Below the pieces are notes generated by a model. The model was not told the origin of the DNA and searched no databases. It saw nothing but the letters and a program-made list of their open reading frames with translations. Below are positions 41,409 through 51,611 of a stretch of DNA of 64,000 nt, piece after piece (positions within the stretch are counted from its first letter, which is position 1; every line of letters starts with the position of its first letter). Origin of the DNA: Chloroflexota bacterium (GTDB lineage Bacteria > Chloroflexota > Dehalococcoidia > Lucifugimonadales > UBA3495); assembly GCA_027623675.1 (NCBI GenBank), contig JAQBVF010000017.1, positions 1 to 64,000 of the forward strand. Direction: 5' to 3'. A program made the translations under genes and the position numbers.

Positions 41409-42824
41409 CTACGAAACCACCGGCCGTTTCCCCGCCCAAGGCTGTGCAGCTTCAAACGCTGCTGACGCCTGTAGGACCTTGGCTTCCGAGCCTCTGGGGC
41501 CGATGATGTGTAGGCCGATGGGCATTCCGTCGGACGAGTAGCCGCAGGGGACGCTGGCGGCGGTCTGACCGGTGATGTTGATCAGGTAGGTGAAGGGCAA
41601 GAACCCCCAGAACGGCTCCACGGTCTTGCCACCGATCACACTGGGACGCTGGTCGATCTCGAAGGCCGGCACCGCCATGGTTGGCGACAGCAGCAGGTCG
41701 AAATCGTCGAAGAACTCCTCCATCCGCCGCCCCAGCCGGTCCACCTCGTAGATGGCCCGCGACATATCGGCCCCGGTCATCGACTGGCCGTGCAGGATCG
41801 ACTTCAAGCCGTAGTCCGAGAAGTCGTCGCGGTGTTCCTCCAGCAGGTGCCCGTAGGAGGTGTAAGCCGCTGTGGCGAACACGTTCCAGAATGGCTCGAA
41901 GGGGTCCTCCAATCTCAGGTTGGCATCCTCAAGCTTTGCCCCCATGCCGGCGAACAACCCCGCGGCCAACTCGGTTACCTGAGCCACTTCCGGGTCCACC
42001 GCCGCAAAGCCGAAGTCGCTGCTCCAAGCCATTCTCATGCCTTCCACTCCCTCATTCAGGCCGGCGCTGAAGTCGGGAGCCGGTTGCCTGAGCGACGTAA
42101 CGTCGCGGAAGTCGGGGCCGGCCACCACCTGGAGCAGCAAGGCCGAGTCGGCCACCGTGCGGGTGATGGGGCCTGACTGGGAGAAATGATTGGCCGCCGG
42201 CCGTCCGTAGCCGCCGTAGCGGGGCACTCGACCCTGAGTGGGCTTGATTCCGTAGACGCCGCTGAAACTGGCCGGGATGCGGATGGAGCCGCCGCCGTCG
42301 GTGCCCATGGACAGGGTACAGAGACCCGCCGCCAGGGCCGCCGCCGCGCCGCCGCTGGAGCCGCCCGGCGTGCGGTCCGTGTTCCACGGGTTGCGGCACG
42401 GCCCGCCCAATCTGTTCTCGGTGGTGCCCGACTGACCGAACTCGGGGGTGTTGGTCTTGCCCAATATCACGGCTCCCGACGCCTTCACGCGCTCCACCAC
42501 GATTGAGTCCATGTCCGGCACCCGGTCCCTGAATACCGCTGAGCCCATGGTGGTGGTCACGCCCTTGGTCAACTCCAGGTCCTTGATGGAGATGGGAACG
42601 CCGTGCAACGGACCCAATTCCGAGCCGCTCCGCACCGCCGCGTCGGCGGCCTTGGCTTCGGCGAGCGCCTGGTCATGGCACAGGGTCAGATAGGAATTCA
42701 ACCGGGGGTCCAGGGCGTCGATGCGCTGGAAGAAATTCTCAGTGGCCTCCCATGACGAGACCTTCTTCTGACGTATGGCTTGGGCTAGTTCCACGGCGGA
42801 CATGAAAGCCAGTTCAGCGCTCAT
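41409..42824 (-). CDS. Amidase signature family protein
   Basis: GPLHGVPISIKD, GGSSGG, GTDGGGSIRIPAS. Confidence 0.93.
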   Translation of the reverse strand: MSAELAFMSAVELAQAIRQKKVSSWEATENFFQRIDALDPRLNSYLTLCHDQALAEAKAADAAVRSGSELGPLHGVPISIKDLELTKGVTTTMGSAVFRDRVPDMDSIVVERVKASGAVILGKTNTPEFGQSGTTENRLGGPCRNPWNTDRTPGGSSGGAAAALAAGLCTLSMGTDGGGSIRIPASFSGVYGIKPTQGRVPRYGGYGRPAANHFSQSGPITRTVADSALLLQVVAGPDFRDVTSLRQPAPDFSAGLNEGVEGMRMAWSSDFGFAAVDPEVAQVTELAAGLFAGMGAKLEDANLRLEDPFEPFWNVFATAAYTSYGHLLEEHRDDFSDYGLKSILHGQSMTGADMSRAIYEVDRLGRRMEEFFDDFDLLLSPTMAVPAFEIDQRPSVIGGKTVEPFWGFLPFTYLINITGQTAASVPCGYSSDGMPIGLHIIGPRGSEAKVLQASAAFEAAQPWAGKRPVVS

Positions 42825-43031
42825 GCGGCTCCTCCCGGTGCTATAATCGGGCCTGCCTGCCGCCCAGGGTTCGCCTGAACACGGCTGGCCGATTTACTGG
42901 CGCAATTATAGCGGCGAGGGCGGCTGGGCACCACTCGGTTGTTGCCGCGACCCACCACCCCCTAGCCCGCTTGATAAACCCGGCATCTGGCCCGGCATGC
43001 CGCCCGGTTGCCCGCTTGAGGAGAGATAGCC

Positions 43032-44042
43032 TTGGCCGTCGTCGGAATCATCGCCAACCCTGCCGCCAGCAAAGACATCCGCCGTTTGGTCGCCCAGGGC
43101 CGGGTTATACCCGACTGGGAGAAGGTGAATACCATTCGCCGGGTGCTGCTGGGACTCCAATCGGTGGGCGTGAAGCAAGTGATCGCCATGCCGGACAGCT
43201 CCAACCTGGTGCGGCGGGCCGCCGACGACCCCACGCTGGAGACCGACCTGGGGTTCGTGGAAATGCCGTCCTTCCACTCGGAGGGCGACACCGTGCGCGC
43301 CGCGGGAATCATGGGGGAACAGGGCGTGGACTGCCTGGTGACCCTCGGCGGCGACGGCACCAACCGGGCGGTGACCGTTGGCTGCCGGACCATTCCCATG
43401 GTGGCCATCTCCACCGGCACCAACAACGTGTTCCCCGCCATGGTCGAAGGCACCCTGGCTGGCTTGGCGGCGGGACTGGTCGCGACCGGCAAGCTGGCTC
43501 TGGCCGACGTTGCCCTGACCAGCAAGACCATGAACGTCTACGTGGACGGCGAACTGCGGGACATCGCTCTGGTCGATGTTGGCCTTTCCAAAGAGCGGTT
43601 CGTTTCCACCAGGGCCATCTGGGACATGGATACCTTGTTCGAGGTATTTCTCACCAGGGCCGAGCCGGCGTCCATCGGGTTATCGTCCATCGGCGCCCGA
43701 TTGGAAGCGGTCTCACTGGCTGACGAGGGTGGCCTGCGGTACAGCATCACCGACCCGGAGGATGGCCGGCCTGCGGGAGTCACGGTCCTGGCACCCATCG
43801 CGCCGGGCATCATACCTCCGGTGGCCATATCGTCGTGGCAGCGGATGGCTGACGGTGAACGGTTGGCCATCGAGAATCGGGACTGCACCGTGGCGCTGGA
43901 CGGCGAACGGGCCTTTTCGGTCAACAAGTCTCAGCGGTTGGAGATGGAGGTCCGCCGGGACGGCCCGCCAGTGATCGACGTGGAACTGGCCCTGACGGTC
44001 GCGGCCAAGCAGGGGTTGTTCAAACTGGCTGGAGGGAACTAG
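43032..44042 (+). CDS. ATP-NAD kinase / AcoX-like protein
   Basis: VGIIANPAASKDIRRL, LGGDGTNR, STGTNNVFP. Confidence 0.82.
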   Translation: MAVVGIIANPAASKDIRRLVAQGRVIPDWEKVNTIRRVLLGLQSVGVKQVIAMPDSSNLVRRAADDPTLETDLGFVEMPSFHSEGDTVRAAGIMGEQGVDCLVTLGGDGTNRAVTVGCRTIPMVAISTGTNNVFPAMVEGTLAGLAAGLVATGKLALADVALTSKTMNVYVDGELRDIALVDVGLSKERFVSTRAIWDMDTLFEVFLTRAEPASIGLSSIGARLEAVSLADEGGLRYSITDPEDGRPAGVTVLAPIAPGIIPPVAISSWQRMADGERLAIENRDCTVALDGERAFSVNKSQRLEMEVRRDGPPVIDVELALTVAAKQGLFKLAGGN

Positions 44043-44050
44043 ACCCGACT

Positions 44051-44791
44051 TTGGTAACCGGCATCGAGCTTTTCTTTAGCATCCTCATCGTTGCCGCCGC
44101 CTCAACCGTCATCGGCACGGTTGGTTTCGGGTTCGCTCTGGTCGCCGCGCCCGTCCTGCTGGTGTACCTAGATCCCCAACAGACGGTTGTGGTCATCAAT
44201 TGCCTCATCGGCGTGACGCTCATCATGGTCTTGGCGCGCACCTGGCGTTATCTGGACCTCCGGGCCAGCGCCGGTCTGGTCGCGGGCGGGGTTGCCGCCA
44301 CTCCGGTTGGGGTGCTGGCGTTGAACGCGGCCAGCCCCAGTGTGCTCCGGATAACCATCGCCATCGTGATCATCTTTCTGGGTCTCTTCAGCTTGAGGAA
44401 CGTCCAACTGCCCTTTGCCGAGAGCCGGGCGGCCGGCCCGGTCTTCGGGTTCCTAACATCGTTGTCGGTGACGACCATCGCCATCGGTGGCCCTTTAGGC
44501 GCCATCTACGCCATATCCCAGGGGTGGAAACCCAACATGGTCAGAGCGTCGTTGGCGTTGTTCTTCCTGGTATCGGACATCGTGGCCGTCGCCCTCTATT
44601 GGGCCACGGGACTGGTGGGAAAAGACACCCTGGCCAACGTCGGCGTGATGATCCCTGGGACGATCATTGGGTTCTTCGCGGCCAGGCTCTTGGTCAACCG
44701 AATCAACGAGCGGGTCTTCCGCCACGCGGTGATCGCCGTGGTCGTCATCGCCGGGAGCGTGACGCTGCTGCGGGAATTCACCCCGATCTAA
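44051..44791 (+). CDS. Sulfite exporter TauE/SafE family protein
   Basis: GTVGFGFALVAAP, IGGP repeat, about 8 TMs. Confidence 0.85.
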   Translation: MVTGIELFFSILIVAAASTVIGTVGFGFALVAAPVLLVYLDPQQTVVVINCLIGVTLIMVLARTWRYLDLRASAGLVAGGVAATPVGVLALNAASPSVLRITIAIVIIFLGLFSLRNVQLPFAESRAAGPVFGFLTSLSVTTIAIGGPLGAIYAISQGWKPNMVRASLALFFLVSDIVAVALYWATGLVGKDTLANVGVMIPGTIIGFFAARLLVNRINERVFRHAVIAVVVIAGSVTLLREFTPI

Positions 44792-44805
44792 GGCGATAAA
44801 TGATT

Positions 44806-44851
44806 AGCAATGAAAATGGGCCGAGATTATTCTCGGCCCATTTTCATTGCT
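44806..44851. terminator. Bidirectional terminator hairpin
   Basis: 21-bp perfect stem AGCAATGAAAATGGGCCGAGA-TTAT-TCTCGGCCCATTTTCATTGCT between convergent genes. Confidence 0.8.
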
Positions 44852-44897
44852 TGCCTGTGGGAATCGCCTGTGGGAAGCGCCGAGCCGAAAGGACGGG

Positions 44898-45818
44898 CTA
44901 GTTATTCAGGTCGTGGAACGCCGCCAGCGCCGCCGTGATGCCGTCGCCCACCGCCGCGCCGAGTTGACGGGTGGACTCGGCCCGGGCGTCGCCGCAAGCG
45001 TAGACACCGGGCAAAGCCGTCCTCATGTGGATGTCGGTGCAGACATGGCCGCCCGAGTCCATCTCCAACAGCCCCTGCAGGTACTCAGTGTTGGGGTGAA
45101 AGCCCACGTAGATGAAGGCTGCCGCCATGGGCAACTCGTAGGTTTTCTCCGTTTTCAGGTCTTTCACCAGAGCCCGGTCCAGAGCTTGGTCGCCCCGGAA
45201 CTCCTCAACGACGTGGCTCCAGAGAAATTTGACCTTCTCGTTGGCGAAGGCGCGCTCCTGCAGCACCTTGGCGGCCCGGAGTTCATCGCGCCGGTGGATG
45301 AAGGTAACCGAGTTGACGATGCCGCTCAGGTAATGGCCTTCGTCCATGGCGGCGTCGCCTCCGCCCACGACGACCACGTCCTGGCCGCGAAAGAAATTGC
45401 CGTCGCATACCGCGCAGTAGGAGACGCCACGTCCGGCCAGAGCGTCCTCGCCGGCCACCCCCAGCTTGTTGTGGGAACCACCGGTGGCGATGATGATTGA
45501 TTTGGTGGTGAAGTCCCGGTCATCGGTCCGGACAATCTTGATTGGCTTGTCGGCGTCCTCGATACCGATGACTTCGGTGTATTCGGTCTCGGCGCCGAAA
45601 CGGGCGGTCTGCTGTTCCATCCTCGTGGCCAGTTCCTGGCCCTTGATGCCCTCGGGAAAGCCGGGGTAGTTCTCGATCTCGTCGGTGATTAGGAGTTGGC
45701 CGCCGGGGCCGAGTTGCTCCAGCATCACCGTCTTCATCATTGCTCTGGTTGTATAGAGGCCGGCCGATAGTCCTGCCGCACCGGCCCCTAGAATCACCAC
45801 ATCGTAATCTGCTTCCAT
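44898..45818 (-). CDS. trxB: Thioredoxin reductase
   Basis: GAGAAG, ENYPGF, GVSYCAVCDG, VVGGGDAA, HRRDELRA. Confidence 0.95.
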   Translation of the reverse strand: MEADYDVVILGAGAAGLSAGLYTTRAMMKTVMLEQLGPGGQLLITDEIENYPGFPEGIKGQELATRMEQQTARFGAETEYTEVIGIEDADKPIKIVRTDDRDFTTKSIIIATGGSHNKLGVAGEDALAGRGVSYCAVCDGNFFRGQDVVVVGGGDAAMDEGHYLSGIVNSVTFIHRRDELRAAKVLQERAFANEKVKFLWSHVVEEFRGDQALDRALVKDLKTEKTYELPMAAAFIYVGFHPNTEYLQGLLEMDSGGHVCTDIHMRTALPGVYACGDARAESTRQLGAAVGDGITAALAAFHDLNN

Positions 45819-45873
45819 AACTGGCGTTAATACTCCTAATGTGTGCTTGCCGGGGCGTCAGCCAACTCCCAGG

Positions 45874-46869
45874 TTAGGGAGAGGCGGCGCCACCGGCTGA
45901 TTTTCCGGTCAAGTGTGGGGGCTTGCTTCCGGGCAACTTCATGGACTCTTTGAAATAATCCACCGTTAGGCGTAGCCCGTCTTCCAGACTTATCTTGGGC
46001 GACCAGCCAAGCTCTTTAATCGCCTTGGAGGAGTCCAATGATATCTTGTAGACTTCGCCGCCCCTCTGGGGAGCGTGGATGGGGTCCCACTTATATCCTG
46101 TGATGCCCCGCAGCAACTCGAAGATTCGATTGACGTTGGTGGCCTCGCCGGTGGCCACGTTCATGGCCATGCCATCGCCGCGATCGATCGCCGCGATATT
46201 GGCGTCAATCACATCAAACACCGATACGAAGTCGCGTTCCTGGGTGCCGTCGCCAAATATCTGAGGCTGTTTCCCTTCCAACATGGCCTGACTGAATATG
46301 GCGACCACTCCCGCCTCTCCGTGCGGGTCTTGCCGGGGGCCGAAGACGTTGCCGTAGCGCAGTGAGGTGTAATTCAGGCGGTACTGCCGGTAATAGAAGT
46401 CCATGTACTGTTCGGCAACCCACTTGGACATGCCATAGGGGGAGACCGGGGCTATCGGCGCGTCATCGGGACAAGGCACTGTTTCCGGGTTCCCGTAAAG
46501 AGCGCCGCCGGTACAGGAATAGATGACCTTTTCCACGCCGACGCGGCGGGCAACCTCTAGGACCCTCAGCGTGCCGAGCACGTTGGCGTTGGTGTCGTCG
46601 ATGGGGTCGGTGGTCGACTTGGTTACGCTGGTCTGCGCCGCCATGTGGAACACCAAGTCGGGCTGTTCGCGCTGCATGATCTCGGACATCGCCGGCTGGG
46701 TGATGTCCGTATGATGGAACACGGCTGCTCGGTTAAGGTTCTTGATCTTGCCTGAGCTGAGGTCGTCCATGATGACGACTTTGAATCCCAGGTCCAATAG
46801 GCGGTCCACCATGTGGGAGCCGATAAATCCAGCTCCACCGGTGACCAAGGCTGTTCTGCCGTCTGCCAT
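45874..46869 (-). CDS. NAD-dependent epimerase/dehydratase (UDP-glucose 4-epimerase-like)
   Basis: VTGGAGFIGSH, YGMSK, RYGNVFGPRQDPHGEAGV; start ATG 46869 after AGAGGA. Confidence 0.9.
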   Translation of the reverse strand: MADGRTALVTGGAGFIGSHMVDRLLDLGFKVVIMDDLSSGKIKNLNRAAVFHHTDITQPAMSEIMQREQPDLVFHMAAQTSVTKSTTDPIDDTNANVLGTLRVLEVARRVGVEKVIYSCTGGALYGNPETVPCPDDAPIAPVSPYGMSKWVAEQYMDFYYRQYRLNYTSLRYGNVFGPRQDPHGEAGVVAIFSQAMLEGKQPQIFGDGTQERDFVSVFDVIDANIAAIDRGDGMAMNVATGEATNVNRIFELLRGITGYKWDPIHAPQRGGEVYKISLDSSKAIKELGWSPKISLEDGLRLTVDYFKESMKLPGSKPPHLTGKSAGGAASP

Positions 46870-47118
46870 CCGATCCTCTTTTGATAGTAGTCGGGTGATA
46901 GTAGTCGGGGAAAGCGCGAATAGAAAACCCGCCCAGGTATCATAAACCCATGCGCATGCCAGTTCAACGGCGCAATCAACCGCCCCGCGCCCCCGGTGCG
47001 TGGCTTCCAGATGGAGCGGAGACCCCAAACTGTGTTACAGTTTTTGCGCCTGGCCGTAGGTCACCTACATGACCGTTTTGAAGAATAAAACCGCAGACCA
47101 ACTTGAGGAGGTCGCCAT

Positions 47119-48015
47119 ATGGCTGAACAGATAGGATTCATAGGACTGGGAATCATGGGGAAACCCATGGCGCGAAACCTGCTCAAGGCGGGCTATTCCC
47201 TGACCGTCTACGACATCGTGGGGAGCAACCAAGAGGAATTGGTGACCGACGGAGCGGCCGGCGCCTCCAACAGCAAAGAGGTTGCCGCCGTCAGCGACAC
47301 CATCATCACCATGCTCCCCGACTCGGCGGACTCTGAGAAAGTCATTCTGGGGCCCGACGGTGTGCTGGAAGGCGCAAAGCCCGGTTCCGTTATCATCGAC
47401 ATGAGCTCCATCGCCCCACTGGTCTCCCAGCGCATCGCTGCTGCCTGCGCCGAGAAAGGCGTTGAGATGTTGGACGCTCCGGTCAGCGGTGGCGAGCCTG
47501 GCGCGGTGGCCGGGACCCTGGCCGTCATGGTCGGCGGCAAGCAAGAGGTCTTCGACAAGAGCTTCGATCTGATGTCGGTGATGGGGGGCAACGTGGTGCT
47601 TACCGGCGACATCGGCGCCGGCGGGGTGACCAAGCTGGCCAACCAGATCATCGTCGCCGCCAACATCGAGGCGCTCAGCGAGGCGATGGTGCTGTCCCAG
47701 AAAGCAGGCGTGGACCCGGAGCGGGTCTTCAACGCCATCAGGGGAGGGCTGGCCGGCAGCGCCGTTATGGAAGCCAAAGCGCCCATGATGTTGAACCGCA
47801 ATTTCCAGGCGGGCTTCCGAATCCGGCTGCATCAGAAGGACCTGAGGAACGTGCTGCAGACCGCCCAGGAGCTGAACATCCCCCTGCCGGTTACGGCTTT
47901 GTTGCAGCAGATTCTCGGCGCGCTGGTGAACGACGGAGAGTCTGAGTCCGACCACTCGGCCATCCTCAAGTTCATAGAGGGCATGGCCAACGTCGAGGTG
48001 AAGTCAGGCGGTTAA
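47119..48015 (+). CDS. garR: 2-hydroxy-3-oxopropionate reductase
   Basis: IGFIGLGIMGKPMA, LDAPVSGG, TKLANQIIVA, GFRIRLHQKDL. Confidence 0.85.
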   Translation: MAEQIGFIGLGIMGKPMARNLLKAGYSLTVYDIVGSNQEELVTDGAAGASNSKEVAAVSDTIITMLPDSADSEKVILGPDGVLEGAKPGSVIIDMSSIAPLVSQRIAAACAEKGVEMLDAPVSGGEPGAVAGTLAVMVGGKQEVFDKSFDLMSVMGGNVVLTGDIGAGGVTKLANQIIVAANIEALSEAMVLSQKAGVDPERVFNAIRGGLAGSAVMEAKAPMMLNRNFQAGFRIRLHQKDLRNVLQTAQELNIPLPVTALLQQILGALVNDGESESDHSAILKFIEGMANVEVKSGG

Positions 48016-48053
48016 CGCCTGGCGGATATGGGCTGCGGGCTATTGGCTACCCG

Positions 48054-48884
48054 CTAAGCCTGGTCCAGCTCTCTGAACCGGGCGTCCTGCCAATCGAGGG
48101 CCGCCCGCAGTCCATTTGCAGCGTTGATCTCGTTGAATTCGTCCTGCTCCGGGCTGGTGCTGGTGGCGAACAGGGTCATCAGTTCCAAGTTATGACTGAC
48201 GGTATTCAGGTAGCCCATCTCTTCCATGGCGTGGTTGACCGAGTTCTTGGTCAACTTCACGCCGATCTGGGGCAATAGGCTGATCTTCTTGGCTACCTTC
48301 TCGCATTCGGCCATCAGTTGGTCGTGGGGCACCACCCGCCCCACCAGTCCGATGCGGGCCGCCTCGTGGGCGTCGACGGTGTCGCCGGTCAACAGCAATT
48401 CCTTGGCGTGGGCCAGATTCACGCTGTAGGGGGTAATGAGCAGCGGCGGCCCGTACCCGGCCCTGATTTCCGGCTCGCCCAAGACGGCTCGGTCGGAGGC
48501 GATCTTGATGTCACACACCTGGACCAACTCGCAGGCCCCGCCCAAGGCATAGCCGTTCACCGCGGCTATGACCGGCTTGCTGCAGTTCCATACCGTCATG
48601 AACGTCTCAACCAGGGTCTGCAACTGTGTCCGCCAGGCGTCTACTGAGCCGACTTGCGGGTCCGTGGATTCGCCGTTTCGCGCGATGTCGAATCCGCTGG
48701 AGAAAGCCCGGCCCGCACCGGTGATGATCAGTACCCGAACCAGTTCGTCCTCCTCCACCATCGCCATCACTTCCCTAAACTCGCACATCAACCCGGTGTT
48801 AAGGGCGTTAAGCTTCTCCGGGCGGTTCAAGGTCAGATAGGCGATCTGATCTCTACGCTCGTAGACTATGTATTCGAAGGACAA
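48054..48884 (-). CDS. Enoyl-CoA hydratase/isomerase family protein
   Basis: LNRPEKLNAL, GRAFSSGFD, KPVIAAVNGYALGGACEL, PEI. Confidence 0.9.
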   Translation of the reverse strand: MSFEYIVYERRDQIAYLTLNRPEKLNALNTGLMCEFREVMAMVEEDELVRVLIITGAGRAFSSGFDIARNGESTDPQVGSVDAWRTQLQTLVETFMTVWNCSKPVIAAVNGYALGGACELVQVCDIKIASDRAVLGEPEIRAGYGPPLLITPYSVNLAHAKELLLTGDTVDAHEAARIGLVGRVVPHDQLMAECEKVAKKISLLPQIGVKLTKNSVNHAMEEMGYLNTVSHNLELMTLFATSTSPEQDEFNEINAANGLRAALDWQDARFRELDQA

Positions 48885-48965
48885 TGGGTCTCCTTTGGTT
48901 GCGCAGGCCGGGGGTTTAGGTGTCCAGGGATGCGCTGGATCACTGATAGATTTGGCTAAGGGGAA

Positions 48966-49670
48966 TCAGGGACTCTTTAAGATATCGATTCCCTGAATCA
49001 CCACTGGTTCAACCGGCCGGTCTTGGGCGCCGGTCGGGGTCAGGGAGATGGCATCAACCACCTCTTGACCCTGTATAACCTGCCCGAATATGGTGTGGGC
49101 GCCGTTCAGATGCGGCGTGGGCACGGTAGTCACAAAGAACTGACTTCCGTTGGTGCCGGGGCCTGCATTAGCCATGGCCAGCCTGCCCGGTTGGTCGAAT
49201 GTCAGATTGGTGACGATCTCGTCTTCAAACTTGTAGCCCGGTCCGCCGGTGCCGGTCCCGGTGGGATCGCCGCCCTGAATCATGAAAGACGGTATAACCC
49301 GGTGGAAGATCACGCCGTCGTAGAACCCATCACTGGCCAGGAATATGAAATTGTTCACGGCGACTGGGGTCCGATCGGCGAATAGTTCAATCTCCATGGT
49401 CCCCAGGTTGGTATGGATGACGGCGCTGTACTTGGCGGTTCGGTCGATGACCACGGGCGGTACGTTGGAGTACTGGGCAAAGGTTACGCCGCCAAAAGTC
49501 ACCATTTGCCTCTGGGGTCCACCTCCGGAAACGGTTGACCCACCGGCCGGCAATGTCGGCCCTGCATCAGGGGTTGGTGTCGGTAGCGGTGATGGGGTTT
49601 CCAGCACGCATGCGGCCGAGATTAAGACCGCCGCGATGATGGCTGGAAGGAATAGTAATTTCGTCTTCAC
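48966..49670 (-). CDS. Cyclophilin-type peptidyl-prolyl isomerase, probable lipoprotein
   Basis: FHRVIPSFMIQGGDP, AMANAGPGTNGSQFF; lipobox-like ISAAC. Confidence 0.92.
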   Translation of the reverse strand: MKTKLLFLPAIIAAVLISAACVLETPSPLPTPTPDAGPTLPAGGSTVSGGGPQRQMVTFGGVTFAQYSNVPPVVIDRTAKYSAVIHTNLGTMEIELFADRTPVAVNNFIFLASDGFYDGVIFHRVIPSFMIQGGDPTGTGTGGPGYKFEDEIVTNLTFDQPGRLAMANAGPGTNGSQFFVTTVPTPHLNGAHTIFGQVIQGQEVVDAISLTPTGAQDRPVEPVVIQGIDILKSP

Positions 49671-49777
49671 GCCGATATTAATGCCTCCGCATCATTGCCG
49701 GTTGGCCCGGAAAGCATACCATAGCCCCAGCCGCTATTTCTTGCCCAGCCGGGACCTGGTTGATGGCCAGGAAATTC

Positions 49778-50248
49778 TTATTCGGTGACGGGCCTGAAGT
49801 GAGTGATGTCCGACATGGCGCCGGTGCGTTCTTCCGACCAGACAGGCTCAACTTCCATCCCCAACTCAACCTCGGCGGGGTCGATATCGCCCAATCGGTG
49901 GATCAGACCGCCGCGGGCTTCGGGCCATGAGACCATGGCAACCACGACGGGCGTTTCCAGTGGCTGTTCTTCCAGGTCCCGGTGCAGCACCGTGAAGCTG
50001 CGGACATAGCCTGGTCCTTCCAACGCCAGCCAGTCCGAAGACGTCTCCTCAAAGCACCGTTCGCAGTACATCTTGGGCGGCAGTAAAAAGTCGGCGCACT
50101 GAGGGCACGGCGAAGCCAACAGTTGTTGGTTGTCTCTCATGGCTTTGAAGAACCGCTCGCCCGCCACGCCCAAGGTGTAGCGGTGGAAGATGGGGATCGT
50201 GCCCGCCACCTGCCTGATTTTTCTGGTGTGGTTCGCCTTGTCCAGCAT
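49778..50248 (-). CDS. DUF35 Zn-ribbon/OB-fold protein
   Basis: CPQC...PP..YCERC, SFTVLH, GMEVEPVW. Confidence 0.88.
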   Translation of the reverse strand: MLDKANHTRKIRQVAGTIPIFHRYTLGVAGERFFKAMRDNQQLLASPCPQCADFLLPPKMYCERCFEETSSDWLALEGPGYVRSFTVLHRDLEEQPLETPVVVAMVSWPEARGGLIHRLGDIDPAEVELGMEVEPVWSEERTGAMSDITHFRPVTE

Positions 50249-50327
50249 GGACCGGTCTCCTAATGTCTAACTGTTGCCTTGATCGATCTGCCATCTTGAT
50301 TCAATTGTTTGCCGGGCGCTTTTTCGC

Positions 50328-50828
50328 CTACGCTAGGCTGGTGCCTTGATTGATCAGGCGGCGCGACTCGGTGATCTGCCGGGCATGCTCTTCCATGTGA
50401 CCGGCCAGATATTGGATGACGCCCTCCACCGTGATGGGATTGTCCTCGCCCCGGTGTCCCAGGACCGACAGGTCGGCGGGCGCGATCTCCCCGGTGGTTG
50501 CGACCGCCGAATCGTTGGCGGCGGCCAGGTCTCGGATCAGCGAGTCCAACGGGTCTCCGGCATGGTCGGTCACGGCTGCCGACCGGCGGTCATTCTCCAC
50601 GTCGGTCCGGGTGATGTTGGGGTCGGACTCCCTGGTGATCACCACCGCCTTCTCCATCCAGAAGTATTCAATCTCGGCGATGTGCGCCATAAGCTGGGCC
50701 ACGGTCCATTCGCCGGGCGCCGGGACCTGGCGAATCTCTTCCTCGGTGATGCCGTCGATGGAATCCATCACCACCTGGTGCGCCCCACGAAGCACCTGCT
50801 GGAGCATGGGTATCCGGTCCACACTCAT
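50328..50828 (-). CDS. DinB/YfiT family protein
   Basis: PAPGEWTVAQLMAHIAE...HMEEH metal ligands. Confidence 0.82.
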   Translation of the reverse strand: MSVDRIPMLQQVLRGAHQVVMDSIDGITEEEIRQVPAPGEWTVAQLMAHIAEIEYFWMEKAVVITRESDPNITRTDVENDRRSAAVTDHAGDPLDSLIRDLAAANDSAVATTGEIAPADLSVLGHRGEDNPITVEGVIQYLAGHMEEHARQITESRRLINQGTSLA

Positions 50829-50831
50829 GGT

Positions 50832-51347
50832 CTAGACAACCAGCTTGAAGTATTCGATGTCGGTGATGGAGCCCTCCCGTTGGTCCGCGGGCTTCCACAC
50901 CGCCCGCACCGGCATGCCGATCTTGAGCCGGGCTTTGATCTCCTCGATGTCCTCGCTGAGTTCACCCATCTTGTGCAGGATGCACATCCCCGGGCTGGCG
51001 CCGTCGATCTCGACCACCACCGGGACTTCCGGTGTGCGCCGCCTGGATGCGTCCCAGTTGACCATGGAGATGGAGAAGGTATTGATCTTGCCGGTGTCGC
51101 CCAACTCGACCCAATCGTCGATGGGGCGGTAGCATAGCTCGCAGAAGGCTCGCGGCGGAATCATGGTGCGCCGGCATTCGGGACAGCGGACGCCCATCAA
51201 CTTGCCTTCTTTCAGGCCGTCCAGGTATTGGCCCATGGCCACGCCCGCGTCCCAATGGTACTCGGCCTTCACGTTCCACATGGACACCAGCACCTCGCCG
51301 GCGGTGAGGGCATGGTCGGTTAGGGATGTTCCGCTGAATGGTTCCAT
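50832..51347 (-). CDS. DUF35 Zn-ribbon/OB-fold protein
   Basis: CPECRR..PPR.FCELC, G.INTFS, GMPVRAVW. Confidence 0.88.
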   Translation of the reverse strand: MEPFSGTSLTDHALTAGEVLVSMWNVKAEYHWDAGVAMGQYLDGLKEGKLMGVRCPECRRTMIPPRAFCELCYRPIDDWVELGDTGKINTFSISMVNWDASRRRTPEVPVVVEIDGASPGMCILHKMGELSEDIEEIKARLKIGMPVRAVWKPADQREGSITDIEYFKLVV

Positions 51348-51611
51348 ATCTATCTCATTTTCCGTTTGACGGATCGTTGATCGGCGAGGCTTCGTTGGGC
51401 CAGTCTTTCCCCAAGTTTAGTAAATAACGCACTGCGTCAGATTTGCCGGCTCGGTAACCCACATTCATCAGGATCGTGGATTCTCCCCAATCGGATTGTC
51501 TCGGACTGATACCGAATCGGGAAACGTATGGCCGGCAACTTTTGAATGCCATACGGCCTTGGCTCCGGCTCCGGTTGGTTGGTGAGTCTTGCTTGCCACT
51601 TCCCTAGAACC

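Noticed and set aside
41409..42824. gatA
   Set aside because: No gatB/gatC neighbours; looks like a generic amidase.
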